Shown here: positions 17,430 to 26,980 of the stretch, one piece after another | How the letters are laid out: the number at the start of each line of letters is the position of its first letter | Numbering within the stretch: position 1 is the stretch's first letter | Assembly (NCBI GenBank): GCA_020632035.1 | Contig: JACKGG010000002.1 | Span: 24,095 to 88,094, forward strand | Direction: 5' to 3' | DNA length: 64,000 nucleotides | Source of the DNA: Candidatus Nomurabacteria bacterium | GTDB lineage: Bacteria > Patescibacteriota > Minisyncoccia > Phycocordibacterales > UBA918 | Program-made: the position numbers and the translations under genes | Notes under the pieces: model-generated | Databases searched by the model: none | Seen by the model: the letters and a program-made list of their open reading frames with translations, nothing else | What the model was told of the DNA's origin: nothing

Positions 17430-20141
17430 CTAAGCAGTTACCGCTTCTCTTTTCTTTTTCGGTGTCTGTGTAGAAGCTTTTTTCTGGACTACTTTCTTAC
17501 GAGCAACTTTTTTAATTTCAAAATCTAACTCCCCTTTCTTAATCCCAACTTTCACTGATCCACCTTGGAGCATTCCCTCTCCTACCATCATGTTGGCGAC
17601 TTGGGTGAGAATCTTACTCTGGATTAGCCTTCGAAGTGGTCTAGCACCAAACTTGGGGTCATAGCCCTCTTTGGCTAGGTAAGCTCTAGCTTCTTTGCTG
17701 ATAGTCAAGTTGATTTCTTTTCTGGCTAAACGTTTTACTACATCATCCACTTGAATATCGACTATTTCAGCAATAGCTTCTTGCGAAAGCAGGTCAAAGA
17801 CTACAATTTCATCAAGTCGATTGAGGAATTCCGGACGGAAATAGTTCTTAAGTGTATCGATCACTTTGTCTTTGGCTTGAACAAACTGAGCCGCCTCACC
17901 GTGGTCGAGAGCAAAACCAAAGTTAGACATTTGGCTAATGTGCTCAGCTCCTATGTTTGAAGTCATAATAATGACCGTGTTTTTGAAGTTCACCTTTCTA
18001 CCTTTAGCGTCTGTTAAGTGACCAGAATCTAGTACTTGTAGAAGAATGTTGAATACTTCAGGATGGGCTTTTTCGACTTCGTCGAGCAAGATAACAGAAT
18101 ATGGACGGTGTCTTACTCGTTCGGTAACTGAGCCACCTTCATCGTGCCCAACGTACCCTGGTGGTGAACCGATTATTTTAGAGACGGAGTGCTTCTCCAT
18201 AAACTCAGACATGTCGATTCGTAAAAGTGCATCTGGGTCACTGAACATAAATTCGGACAAGGCGCGCGAGAGCTCTGTCTTACCAACTCCAGTCGGACCG
18301 AGGAATAAGAATGAACCAATCGGTCGGTTCGGGTCTGCAATGCCGGCTCGAGCGCGTTTGATCGCATCTGAGACAAGCTTAACGGCATTATCTTGTCCTA
18401 CCACCTTCTCGTGTAACACCTCTTCCATGCGAGCCAGCTTAGCGACTTCCGCTTCAAGCATTCGAGACACTGGTACACCTGTCCAGCGAGACACCACCAT
18501 CGCAATATCTTCTTCGGTAACTTCTTCTTTCAGAAGCCGACGGCTTCTCTGCAACTTTTTGAGTCTCTTTAGCTTCACATCCAAATCTTTTTGAATTGAA
18601 GGAATGATGTCATAACGAATCTCAGCTGCACGAGTGAGGTCGGCCATAGCTTCGGCGTTATCAGCCTCGACCCTGACTTCCTCTAACTCTTTTTTGAGCT
18701 TACTTATTTCTCCTAGAGCCCCCTTTTCATTCATCCATTTTGTCTCCAGGTTTGAAGTTGTCTCTTTATGCTCACCAATCTCTTTCTCAATTTCCTTAAT
18801 CCGTTCCTTTACTTTTTTCTTGTTGGCAGAAATCTCCACTTCTTTACGAAGTGCTTCCCTTTCAATCTCCAGTCGGCGGATCAAGCGATCAGTCGCAATA
18901 AGTTCATCTGGTTTATTTTCGAGTGAAATCTTAAGAGAAGCAGCGGCTTCATCAACCAAGTCGACCGCTTTGTCAGGCAGGAATCTATCGGTAATATAAC
19001 GAGAAGACAAATTAACAGCTGCCAGAATAGCGTCGTCTGTGATGCGTACTCCGTGGTAAAGCTCATACTTTTCAGCCAAGCCTCTAAGAATAGCGACAGC
19101 ATCCTCCTGACTTGGCTCATTTACATAAACTGGTTGGAAACGACGGGTAAGAGCTGGATCACGCTCTATATGCTTCTGATATTCTTTTAGCGTAGTGGCT
19201 CCAATTACTCTGATCTCGCCTCGAGCTAAGGCCGGTTTAAGCATATTTGAAGCATCCATAGAGCCATCCGCTTGCCCGGCTCCAACAATAGTGTGGAGTT
19301 CGTCAATAAACAAAATCACTCTCCCGGCCGCTTGCTCGACTTCCTTCATTACGGCTTTTAGTCTTTCTTCAAATTCTCCGCGGAATTTGGTACCAGCTAC
19401 CAAAAGACCTAAGTCTAGGGAAAGTATTTCTTTATCCTTTACTGACTCCGGCACTTGCCCTAAGACAATCTGTTGTGCGAGCCCCTCAGCAATCGCTGTT
19501 TTACCTACTCCAGCCTCACCAATCAGGACTGGGTTGTTCTTAGTTCGACGAGATAAAATCTGAATCACTCTCTGTAATTCTGTATCTCGACCAATAACCG
19601 GGTCGACTTTATTTTCTTGTGCTAGTTTAGTCAGGTTTCGAGTGTACTTAGACAAAGTTCTAAATTTTTTTGGAGACTGAGCGTCTGACACATTACTCTC
19701 GCGCATTTCTTTAATAGCATCTGAAACTTTAGATTTATTGACACCAGTACGTTGCATTATTTCTATAGCTGGACCAGGGTGCTCTAAAGCCGCAACAAAT
19801 AGGTGCTCTACCCCAACGTAAGAATCTCCGAGTTGTTCGGCGTAGGTACCAGATGCCTCCAACGCTTTAGCGAGCTCGGGAGTAAGGTAAAGTTGGTATG
19901 ACTGCGAAATAGTAGTCTGGGCTTCTGGCATTTCTAGTGCTTCTAGAAGCAGATCAGTAAAAGCAATAATATCAATATCTAGTCTATCTAGAATCGCAAT
20001 AACAGCACTCTCATCTTGCATAGAAAGAGCCGTCAGCAGATGAACTGGACTAACGTGGTTTTGACCTCTTTCAATGGCTAGTTCATGTGCCTTTCGAATG
20101 GCCTCCTTAGCTTTGGTTGTGAAGTTGTGAAAATTAGGCAT
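17430..20141 (-). CDS. clpB: ATP-dependent chaperone ClpB
   Basis: Two AAA+ modules (…[15 protein letters not shown]… and …[15 protein letters not shown]…), long middle coiled coil, N-domain; 903 aa with a Lys-rich C-terminal tail. Confidence 0.93.
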   Translation of the reverse strand: MPNFHNFTTKAKEAIRKAHELAIERGQNHVSPVHLLTALSMQDESAVIAILDRLDIDIIAFTDLLLEALEMPEAQTTISQSYQLYLTPELAKALEASGTYAEQLGDSYVGVEHLFVAALEHPGPAIEIMQRTGVNKSKVSDAIKEMRESNVSDAQSPKKFRTLSKYTRNLTKLAQENKVDPVIGRDTELQRVIQILSRRTKNNPVLIGEAGVGKTAIAEGLAQQIVLGQVPESVKDKEILSLDLGLLVAGTKFRGEFEERLKAVMKEVEQAAGRVILFIDELHTIVGAGQADGSMDASNMLKPALARGEIRVIGATTLKEYQKHIERDPALTRRFQPVYVNEPSQEDAVAILRGLAEKYELYHGVRITDDAILAAVNLSSRYITDRFLPDKAVDLVDEAAASLKISLENKPDELIATDRLIRRLEIEREALRKEVEISANKKKVKERIKEIEKEIGEHKETTSNLETKWMNEKGALGEISKLKKELEEVRVEADNAEAMADLTRAAEIRYDIIPSIQKDLDVKLKRLKKLQRSRRLLKEEVTEEDIAMVVSRWTGVPVSRMLEAEVAKLARMEEVLHEKVVGQDNAVKLVSDAIKRARAGIADPNRPIGSFLFLGPTGVGKTELSRALSEFMFSDPDALLRIDMSEFMEKHSVSKIIGSPPGYVGHDEGGSVTERVRHRPYSVILLDEVEKAHPEVFNILLQVLDSGHLTDAKGRKVNFKNTVIIMTSNIGAEHISQMSNFGFALDHGEAAQFVQAKDKVIDTLKNYFRPEFLNRLDEIVVFDLLSQEAIAEIVDIQVDDVVKRLARKEINLTISKEARAYLAKEGYDPKFGARPLRRLIQSKILTQVANMMVGEGMLQGGSVKVGIKKGELDFEIKKVARKKVVQKKASTQTPKKKREAVTA

Positions 20142-20261
20142 AGTTCAAAGTATTCAATATTCATTATACGTTATCGGTAGCGTTCGGTCAGTTTTGATAT
20201 GCAGTCAGGTGGCCGACATAGAGTATTACGTACCCTTACTTGGTATATTGCAACGAAATCC

Positions 20262-21467
20262 CTATTGAGTCAAATTTTTCATCTTGACTTTATGTTTGAA
20301 CAAGATATCCGCCATTTTCTTAATTTGTTCAAATGTATTGGCTGGCCCTAGAGTGAAGCGGAGGGTGGATAGGGCGCGGGCCGGGTCGCGAGAAATCGCT
20401 TTTACCACCACACTCTCTCCCCCACCCGCACCGGAACAAGCCGACTTGGTACTGACTGCAAAACCATGTTTGTCGAGTACAACAGTAGCGAACTCTGTAT
20501 CCATGCCTGGAACAGAAATATTAATATTGTTTGCCACTCGGTCTTTTCCAGTTGGGCCATTTAAAACCGCCCCATTGATTGTTTTTAAAATATACTCAAT
20601 TCCTTGATCTCGGATTTTAGACACTTTCTCTGAGCGTTCTCTCCAATTCTTTTGAGCAAAAGTAAAAGCCACTCCGGTCCCAACTATGGCGGGGACATTT
20701 TCAGTACCCGGGCGCAAGCCACTCTCTTGTCCACCCCCGAACTCAACCGACCTTAACTCAGACCGAGTGCTACGCACTAACAGTCCAATTCCTTTAGGAC
20801 CACAACACTTAGCTGAGTCTAAAGCTAAGTAATCTGCTCCAATTGATGTAAATTGGCAGTTCAACCAAAGTGGTGCTTGAGCGGCATCAACATGAAAATA
20901 AATTTTAGTGGAAAATTTTTCTTCTGCCTCTTTTAAAACTTTCTTAATCGCATGGAGAGGCTGAACAACTCCAATCTCACTATTAACAAGCGAGCAAGTA
21001 GTGAGGACTGTTTTAGCAGAGACCAGTTCCTTTAACTCAGACAATATGATTTTTCCAGTTTCATCGACCGAGACATATTCCACAGACACACCGCGTCTTT
21101 GAAGTTCATCCATAGTTTTTAAAACTGAAGGATGCTCTATCTTGGTAGTGATAACCTCCATATCAACAAAATCAATACGATTTGCGCGTAGGTTCATAAT
21201 GGTACCGAGAATCGCCAAATTATTCGACTCTGTTCCTCCACTGGTGAAGGTCACATATTCTGATCGCACCTCAAGACTGCGCGCGACTTCGTCGCGCGCA
21301 GTCTCTACTGCCTGCTTTGCTCGCAATCCTTCAGCATGAATCGCACCAGGGTTACCAAAATCATTTTCCAAAAATGGCAACATTGCCACTTTTGCCTCCG
21401 GCAAAAGTGGCGTCGCGGCTGCCCAGTCTAGATAGACTCTCTCTTGTTTCTTCTCCAAAAATTTCAT
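20262..21467 (-). CDS. Cysteine desulfurase (class V aminotransferase, IscS/NifS family)
   Basis: PLP-fold motifs and active-site region (…GIGLLVRSTRSELRSVEFGGGQESGLRPGTENVPAIVG…). Start assigned to MKFLEKK. Confidence 0.85.
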   Translation of the reverse strand: MKFLEKKQERVYLDWAAATPLLPEAKVAMLPFLENDFGNPGAIHAEGLRAKQAVETARDEVARSLEVRSEYVTFTSGGTESNNLAILGTIMNLRANRIDFVDMEVITTKIEHPSVLKTMDELQRRGVSVEYVSVDETGKIILSELKELVSAKTVLTTCSLVNSEIGVVQPLHAIKKVLKEAEEKFSTKIYFHVDAAQAPLWLNCQFTSIGADYLALDSAKCCGPKGIGLLVRSTRSELRSVEFGGGQESGLRPGTENVPAIVGTGVAFTFAQKNWRERSEKVSKIRDQGIEYILKTINGAVLNGPTGKDRVANNINISVPGMDTEFATVVLDKHGFAVSTKSACSGAGGGESVVVKAISRDPARALSTLRFTLGPANTFEQIKKMADILFKHKVKMKNLTQ

Positions 21468-21525
21468 TCCTAGAATCATGACACAGGTTAACTAAAGTGC
21501 AAACAAAAAACCACCTTTTTTATAA

Positions 21526-21927
21526 TTATTTGGGTGGCTTCACTTGTCTAGGTAGGTGCTGGAATGCCACCAACCCCTCTTTGAGTACATCTTTTACCAA
21601 ACTTAAACGAAGTTGAATTATCGTATACCTTTTCTTATTAGTATCAAACTTCATCCCACCGAAGAAACTAGAGCTTCGTCTGTTAATCCAGCACTCCCAC
21701 ACACCTTCAACCTCTTCATAAATAACTTCGTCTGTATTCTTCACTATGTTTAAGTATCTTTCAATATTGTTCAGATCAACAGAGTACAAAAGAGGTTTTC
21801 TTACGATAATTCTTACACGTATTTTATTGCCATTGCACACTTCCGCGCAGCATAACTGCCAGCAACTCACATTCCAGATAGAAGACGAGACTATACGATG
21901 GAAAACAAAAAAAATCGTAAGATTCAT
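21526..21927 (-). CDS. Hypothetical protein
   Basis: 133-aa ORF upstream of and co-directional with the desulfurase. No RBS and no similarity recognised. Confidence 0.3.
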   Translation of the reverse strand: MNLTIFFVFHRIVSSSIWNVSCWQLCCAEVCNGNKIRVRIIVRKPLLYSVDLNNIERYLNIVKNTDEVIYEEVEGVWECWINRRSSSFFGGMKFDTNKKRYTIIQLRLSLVKDVLKEGLVAFQHLPRQVKPPK

Positions 21928-22223
21928 CTAACACAGAGTGAGAAATCAAATTTTTACTTTGATTGATACCGCTAGAAAAAATTTTTCTTTTCTGTGCTAG
22001 TGAAAAGGTATGACCCTTCAAGCTAGAGACGACTATTGACATATAGTTCTCCTTGCGTCTGACTATGTAACACCTAAGTAATTAATATAATATTATTTAT
22101 GATTTGTCAATTTCACAAAACCCCTTGATTTTCCTGGATAAGATGGCCGAACTCTGCTATACTCGCAAACATCTAATTATCAGTACGCCTATCTAGGTGT
22201 TTTAAGTCTAGTTATACAAATAT

Positions 22224-23732
22224 ATGGCAAAAAAAGGCAAAACAACGGCTCCAAATGTGATCAAGCGACCACCAGTTGTGGTGGTCATGGGTCATATTGA
22301 CCACGGAAAATCTACTCTCTTAGACACTATTCGAAAGAGCAATATTGTTGATGGTGAAGCGGGCGGGATCACCCAACACCTTTCGGCTTACGTAGTGCCC
22401 CACAAAACAAAAGACGGGGCTGAAGAAAAAATAACTTTCCTAGACACTCCCGGGCACGCCGCTTTTCAAAAAATGCGCCTCCGGGGCGCCGATGTGGCTG
22501 ATGTGGCTATTCTTATGGTCTCAGCTGAAGATGGCGTGAAGCCACAAACACTCGAAGCGCTTGAGTCTATCAAACAGGCAAATATTCCATACGTTGTTGC
22601 GATCAACAAAATCGACAAACCAGGCGCTGATATTCAACGAACTAAAAATACTCTAATCGAAAACGAAATATATATTGAAGGTATGGGTGGAGATATACCC
22701 TACTCACCAATCTCTGCAAAGAGTGGTGAAGGTATAGATGACCTTCTTGATCTAGTCATCCTGGCCGCTGATTTGGCTGAGCTTAAGGGAGACACCAACG
22801 CTTCTGCCACTGGGAAAGTGATCGAAGGCAAAATGGACCCGAAACGAGGCAACACTGCTACCCTTTTGGTAAACAATGGCACTCTCAAGAGCGGACAATT
22901 TGTTGTTTCTGGTACGACTTTTTCTCCTGTTAGGATCATGGAAGATTTTCAAGGTAAAACAGTCAAGGAAGCCGGGTTATCGACACCTGTTAGGATAGTT
23001 GGCTTTACTGACATTCCTGAAGTTGGAGCAGAGTTCACCACTGTAGCGAGCAAAAAAGAAGCTGAGTTGGCTATAACACAGGCCCAACTCGATAGTACTC
23101 CTGTGGTTCAAGCGAAGACAAATTCAAAACTGCCTGTTATTCCGATCCTAATTAAAGCTGATGTTCTAGGAACTATTGATGCTATCCAACACGAACTAGA
23201 AAAGTTTGAGTCAGACCGAATCACCGTACGCATTATTGATACTGGAGTCGGAGACATTTCAGTTAGTGATGTCCAGAATGTCAGCGCTACTAAAGAAGCG
23301 ATTATCGTTGGTTTTAATGTAAAGGTTGAGCGACCAGCTCAAGACTTGGCAGACCGGCTCGGAGTGGAAATAGACACCTTCAGCATCATCTACGAACTGT
23401 CAGAATGGTTAGAAACTGCTCTAAAAAATCGTACTCCTAAATTGAAAGAAAAAGTTGAAACTGGCCTGGTTAAAATCCTCAAACACTTTAGCGTACAAAA
23501 AAATACTCATGTCCTGGGCGGGAGAGTAGAAGATGGTGTTTTAAAAATGAATCAACACGTGATCATTCTTCGGCGTGATATTGAAATCGGGACCGGTGTC
23601 ATCAAAAATATTCAACAAATGAAATCAGATGTTCAGCAAGTAGACGAAGGAGAATTCGGAATGCAACTTGAAACAAGGGCAGAAATCGCTCCAGGAGACT
23701 ACTTGAAGCCTTTTGATACAGTCGTATCATAG
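22224..23732 (+). CDS. infB: Translation initiation factor IF-2 (short form)
   Basis: G-domain motifs VVVMGHIDHGKSTLLD, DTPGH, NKID, followed by beta-barrel domains. Only 502 aa, with almost no N-terminal extension. Confidence 0.9.
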   Translation: MAKKGKTTAPNVIKRPPVVVVMGHIDHGKSTLLDTIRKSNIVDGEAGGITQHLSAYVVPHKTKDGAEEKITFLDTPGHAAFQKMRLRGADVADVAILMVSAEDGVKPQTLEALESIKQANIPYVVAINKIDKPGADIQRTKNTLIENEIYIEGMGGDIPYSPISAKSGEGIDDLLDLVILAADLAELKGDTNASATGKVIEGKMDPKRGNTATLLVNNGTLKSGQFVVSGTTFSPVRIMEDFQGKTVKEAGLSTPVRIVGFTDIPEVGAEFTTVASKKEAELAITQAQLDSTPVVQAKTNSKLPVIPILIKADVLGTIDAIQHELEKFESDRITVRIIDTGVGDISVSDVQNVSATKEAIIVGFNVKVERPAQDLADRLGVEIDTFSIIYELSEWLETALKNRTPKLKEKVETGLVKILKHFSVQKNTHVLGGRVEDGVLKMNQHVIILRRDIEIGTGVIKNIQQMKSDVQQVDEGEFGMQLETRAEIAPGDYLKPFDTVVS

Positions 23733-23738
23733 AATTTT

Positions 23739-24083
23739 ATGGCTAACCCAGACAGAAACATTCGTCTATCCGGAATCCTAAAGGAGCTAATTGCTACCTT
23801 TATTCGACATGAAGCAAATAGTAATCCAATGATTACTCTGACCAACATTGACCTTTCTCCAGACGGCAAACGCGCTTTACTTTTTGTTACAACTATTCCA
23901 GACGGCAGAGAACAAGATGCTCTCATCTTCCTGAAGCGTAATGCTACAAACTTACGGAATTACCTAAAGAAAAATGCTCGGATAAAAAATATTCCTCATT
24001 TAGAATTCATGGTTGATGCCGGCGAACGACATAGACAACACATGGATGAGCTGGTGAGAGAGATTGAAGATAAGAAAAAATAA
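23739..24083 (+). CDS. rbfA: Ribosome-binding factor A
   Basis: 114 aa, immediately downstream of infB (conserved synteny). KH-like pattern …RLSGILKELIATFI…DGKRALLFVT…. Confidence 0.8.
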   Translation: MANPDRNIRLSGILKELIATFIRHEANSNPMITLTNIDLSPDGKRALLFVTTIPDGREQDALIFLKRNATNLRNYLKKNARIKNIPHLEFMVDAGERHRQHMDELVREIEDKKK

Positions 24084-24084
24084 T

Positions 24085-24117
24085 ACCGCCCAGAACCAAA
24101 AAGGTTCGGGCGGTTTA
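24085..24117 (+). terminator. Intrinsic terminator after rbfA
   Basis: Stem accgcccagaacc / ggttcgggcggt followed by TTT. Confidence 0.6.
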
Positions 24118-24325
24118 AGTTTGTGAAGCTTAAGCTATTCGCTTGGTCTGTTTCATTTTGCATACCTCATCAAAGAACCTGAAGCTACTGTAGTTTATAT
24201 ACGTTTCATTTGCAATATCGAGGTTGCTATAGGGACAAGCAAATGTATACCGTACTTAATATGCAAGGAACAAAACCTTTGAACAGAGCCTAGAATAATG
24301 CTACAGTACTGCGTACAAATGAAAT

Positions 24326-24398
24326 GTCCTGGTGGCGAAGTGGTTAACGCTACGGTTTGCAAAACCGTCATACGTGGGTTCGACTCCCACCCAGGACT
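24326..24398 (+). tRNA. tRNA-Cys (anticodon GCA)
   Basis: Acceptor GTCCTGG/CCAGGAC; anticodon stem ACGGT/ACCGT with loop TTGCAAA; T-arm GTGGG-TTCGACT-CCCAC. Confidence 0.85.
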
Positions 24399-24472
24399 CA
24401 CGAATTAAAAACTACATCCGTAGCTTTTAATTCGTGAGTGCTACCAAATACTATTTTAGTATTTACACTTTC

Positions 24473-24558
24473 GCCCGGGTGGTGGAATCGGTAGACACGA
24501 GGGACTTAAAATCCCTTGCCTTTTAAACGGCGTGCGGGTTCAATTCCCGCCCCGGGCA
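24473..24558 (+). tRNA. tRNA-Leu (anticodon TAA), long variable arm
   Basis: Acceptor GCCCGGG/CCCGGGC; anticodon stem AGGGA/TCCCT with loop CTTAAAA; T-arm CGGGTTCAATTCCCG; discriminator A. Confidence 0.8.
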
Positions 24559-24561
24559 CCG

Positions 24562-24987
24562 AAATAATGAGTCAGACCTTGTGTCTGGCTTATTATTTTG
24601 GTCAAGGGAATTGAAAAGGTTAGTCAGATATTTTGGAGCTTGCGAACAAAATATCGACAACCTGTACTGATCCTGTAAGGATCAATTCCCGCCCCGGGCA
24701 CCGAAATAATGAGTCAGACCTTGTGTCTGGCTTATTATTTTGGTCAAGGGAATTGAAAAGGTTAGTCAGATATTTTGGAGCTTGCGAACAAAATATCGAC
24801 AACCTGTACTGATCCTGTAAGGATCAATTCCCGCCCCGGGCACCGAAATAATGAGTCAGACCTTGTGTCTGGCTTATTATTTTGGTCAAGGGAATTGAAA
24901 AGGTTAGTCAGATATTTTGGAGCTTGCGAACAAAATATCGACAACCTGTACTGATCCTGTAAGGATCAATTCCCGCCCCGGGCACCG
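24562..24987 (+). repeat. Three tandem 142-bp copies of a tRNA-3'-end-linked structured element (family I), directly after tRNA-Leu(TAA)
   Basis: Units 24562-24703, 24704-24845 and 24846-24987 are essentially identical. Two identical 60-aa track ORFs 142 bp apart confirm the period. Each unit has a terminator-like hairpin (aataatgagtcagac…gtctggcttattatttt), an anti-T segment gggaattga, the core gaaaaggttagtcaGATATTTTGgagcttgcgaaCAAAATATCgacaacctgtactGATCCtgtaaGGATC, then aattcccgccccgggcaccg, a copy of the tRNA-Leu T-loop and 3' end. Confidence 0.85.
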
Positions 24988-25103
24988 AAAGTAGAAGTCG
25001 GAACTGGTTTCCGGCTTTTACTTTTGATTGTAATCGTCAGATCAGTTTTACATTGAAATGATCATAGGATAAATGCAAGTCAACGCACATATTCCAACAT
25101 ATT

Positions 25104-26105
25104 TTATTTCATTAACTCATTTCCAATTTTTTCAAAAAAATCTAACACCGGGATATTGTACTCAGCCTGCCATAAGTGTGACCATACATTTCGGCTACTT
25201 TGTGACAATAGAACGTAAGCGCCATCATTAATATACCCTTGTTGCACAAGCATTGCTTCAGCTTTTTTTTGACACGAAATATCTACAATTCCATCATCAA
25301 CACTATGAAACATTTTGAATGGTATTTTCTGATTTGAACTTACAGTCTCCAAACTTCTATCTCTAAAATGAGCATTAGGTAAACATGCACCCGCCTCAGT
25401 AATCTGTTTGTTGGTCTCCCGATCAAATCCAGCGCCCTTAGCACTCTCTCGCAATGAAAGTGAAGGATCACAATCGAAATAGGTTCCATACGGATCACCA
25501 GATGCTACAGGGGCAAATGCTGTAATAAGATTATCAAAGTGTGTTGCGGTTAGAATTGCCATATATCCACCAGTTGACTCTCCAGTGAGGAACGTGTTTA
25601 TAGAACTTCCGACTGGTCGCTTACTAGGGACAATCTCAGTGATTACTTGTTCAATAAATGGTAGGTCCACATTATCTGTCCTACCTTCTACAAGTGTCGC
25701 ATCCCATCGCTTTCCGCAAACAAGACCGCCGGAATCAGTTACAACATCATTTGTCGATTCTAGTAGAAATACAGCAAATCCTCTTTCTACCGCTAAATCA
25801 CTAAAATCCACTTGTGGTTTCACTAGTCTAAGACTTTCATAACACCATTGGGTATAATCCCCTCCTCCACCATGCATTGCTATAACGGCTCCCTTTGTCC
25901 ATTTTTCTGGCCCCTTCCATAAAACAGATCGCTCTCGTCCATCAACGTGAATAGTGATCTTTTCAAAACCCCGGTCTACACAACTTTGTTCATTCAGTAA
26001 GATCGACTCCTCATTTGATACCGATCCATCTCGAATCCGTGAAACTACGTTCAACACGATCAGGATCAAAAAAATGATTATCGTGGTCTTGATAAGCTTT
26101 CTCAT
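25104..26105 (-). CDS. Secreted alpha/beta-hydrolase (esterase / PHB-depolymerase-like)
   Basis: N-terminal signal/TM segment; oxyanion-hole-like HGGGGDYTQW and nucleophile elbow GESTGGYMA (G-x-S-x-G). Confidence 0.7.
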   Translation of the reverse strand: MRKLIKTTIIIFLILIVLNVVSRIRDGSVSNEESILLNEQSCVDRGFEKITIHVDGRERSVLWKGPEKWTKGAVIAMHGGGGDYTQWCYESLRLVKPQVDFSDLAVERGFAVFLLESTNDVVTDSGGLVCGKRWDATLVEGRTDNVDLPFIEQVITEIVPSKRPVGSSINTFLTGESTGGYMAILTATHFDNLITAFAPVASGDPYGTYFDCDPSLSLRESAKGAGFDRETNKQITEAGACLPNAHFRDRSLETVSSNQKIPFKMFHSVDDGIVDISCQKKAEAMLVQQGYINDGAYVLLSQSSRNVWSHLWQAEYNIPVLDFFEKIGNELMK

Positions 26106-26163
26106 ATAATAATTTTACCACGGGTAAAACTTTGCTAGTTGGACTATGTAAATGTATTTAGTT

Positions 26164-26451
26164 CTAATTCAATTTCTTATATAAAGCACCTGTCAAAACC
26201 AATACGACAACCCCTGTCATTAAAATCATGTGCGGATTTTCGTTAAAATACGGTATTTGATCTATAACTTTTTCAAACCCATAAAACGTAGCGACCAGAC
26301 CAAAGGAAGAAAGAAGGACAAATATCATCGGAAACCTCGCAAAAGCTGAATCTCTCACGGTACTAAACTTTCCGGTCAGCGACTCGCTGATTTTTTCAAT
26401 TTTCTTTATTTCAGCTTCTGCTCTTTCCTTCTGACTTTGTAATAAATTCAT
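26164..26451 (-). CDS. Hypothetical small membrane protein (2 TM)
   Basis: 95-aa ORF with an amphipathic N-terminus and two hydrophobic helices (MIFVLLSSFGLVATFYGF, LMTGVVVLVLTGALY). Confidence 0.45.
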   Translation of the reverse strand: MNLLQSQKERAEAEIKKIEKISESLTGKFSTVRDSAFARFPMIFVLLSSFGLVATFYGFEKVIDQIPYFNENPHMILMTGVVVLVLTGALYKKLN

Positions 26452-26539
26452 ATTCTAAATTATAGCAATTAATTTGAAATTAGTGATTAATTACCTTGTA
26501 ATATGTATTTAATTATTGTAAACTCAGCCCACAAAACAT

Positions 26540-26612
26540 GCGCCTTTAGCTCAGTCGGTAGAGCAGCTGCCTCTTAAGCAGACGGTCCCAGGTTCGAGCC
26601 CTGGAAGGCGCA
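26540..26612 (+). tRNA. tRNA-Lys (anticodon CTT)
   Basis: Acceptor GCGCCTT/AAGGCGC; D-arm GCTC-AGTCGGTA-GAGC; anticodon loop CTCTTAA; T-arm CCAGG-TTCGAGC-CCTGG. Followed by a perfect 17-bp hairpin (ggaatcatattaaaaga…tcttttaatatgattcc). Confidence 0.8.
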
Positions 26613-26703
26613 CAATGGAATCATATTAAAAGATTACGTCTTTTAATATGATTCCTAGCCTTGAGTAATAGTTCCTGCTATACTCACGGTCACAATTAAA
26701 TAT

Positions 26704-26786
26704 GCGCAGGTGGCGAAATTGGTATACGCGCTAGTTTTAGGCACTAGTGGAGCAATCCGTGGAGGTTCAAGTCCTCTCCTGCGCAC
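26704..26786 (+). tRNA. tRNA-Leu (anticodon TAG), long variable arm
   Basis: Acceptor GCGCAGG/CCTGCGC; anticodon stem CTAGT/ACTAG with loop TTTAGGC; variable arm TGGAGCAATCCGTG; T-arm GGAGG-TTCAAGT-CCTCT. Confidence 0.8.
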
Positions 26787-26815
26787 TAAGAAAACCCACT
26801 TTGGTGGGTTTTTGT

Positions 26816-26946
26816 GTGCTCAGGAAGCAAAGTCTGGAAGACTTTGTGTGAGGGTTTGAAAAGGTTGCCAGTTATTTTGGAGCTTGTGAACAAAATAACG
26901 ACAACCTGTACTGAACTCGTAGAGTTCAATTCCTCTCCTGCGCACA
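26816..26946 (+). repeat. Single copy of the tRNA-3'-end-linked structured element (family I) after tRNA-Leu(TAG)
   Basis: A terminator hairpin (aaaacccac…gtgggttttt) at 26787-26815 precedes the unit. The unit has gagggtttgaaaaggttgccaGTTATTTTGgagcttgtgaaCAAAATAACgacaacctgtactGAACTCgtaGAGTTC, then aattcctctcctgcgcaca, a near-copy of the tRNA-Leu(TAG) T-loop and 3' end. Both stems differ from loci A and B only by compensatory changes. Confidence 0.8.
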
Positions 26947-26949
26947 TAT

Positions 26950-26980
26950 AACAAAAAACCGGCTATGCCGGTTTTTTGTT
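26950..26980. terminator. Bidirectional hairpin terminator
   Basis: Stem aacaaaaaaccggc / gccggttttttgtt with T runs on both sides; sits between the repeat unit and the convergent trhO. Confidence 0.65.

Noticed and set aside
18046-19563. Several 70-180-aa plus-strand ORFs inside clpB (and similar ORFs inside the large 1966-5649 gene, gyrA and glmS)
   Set aside because: They are antisense to long, well-supported genes and have low-complexity Ser-rich translations.
24620-24944. Two identical 60-aa ORFs (24620-24802 and 24762-24944, minus strand) and ORFs 14175-14468 / 14378-14566 (plus strand)
   Set aside because: They are artefacts of translating perfect tandem repeat units. They overlap tRNA-derived sequence and lack ribosome-binding sites.
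24562-24987. CRISPR array (regular tandem repeats)
   Set aside because: The units are 142 bp and identical along their whole length. There is no alternation of short repeats with unique spacers, and no cas genes.
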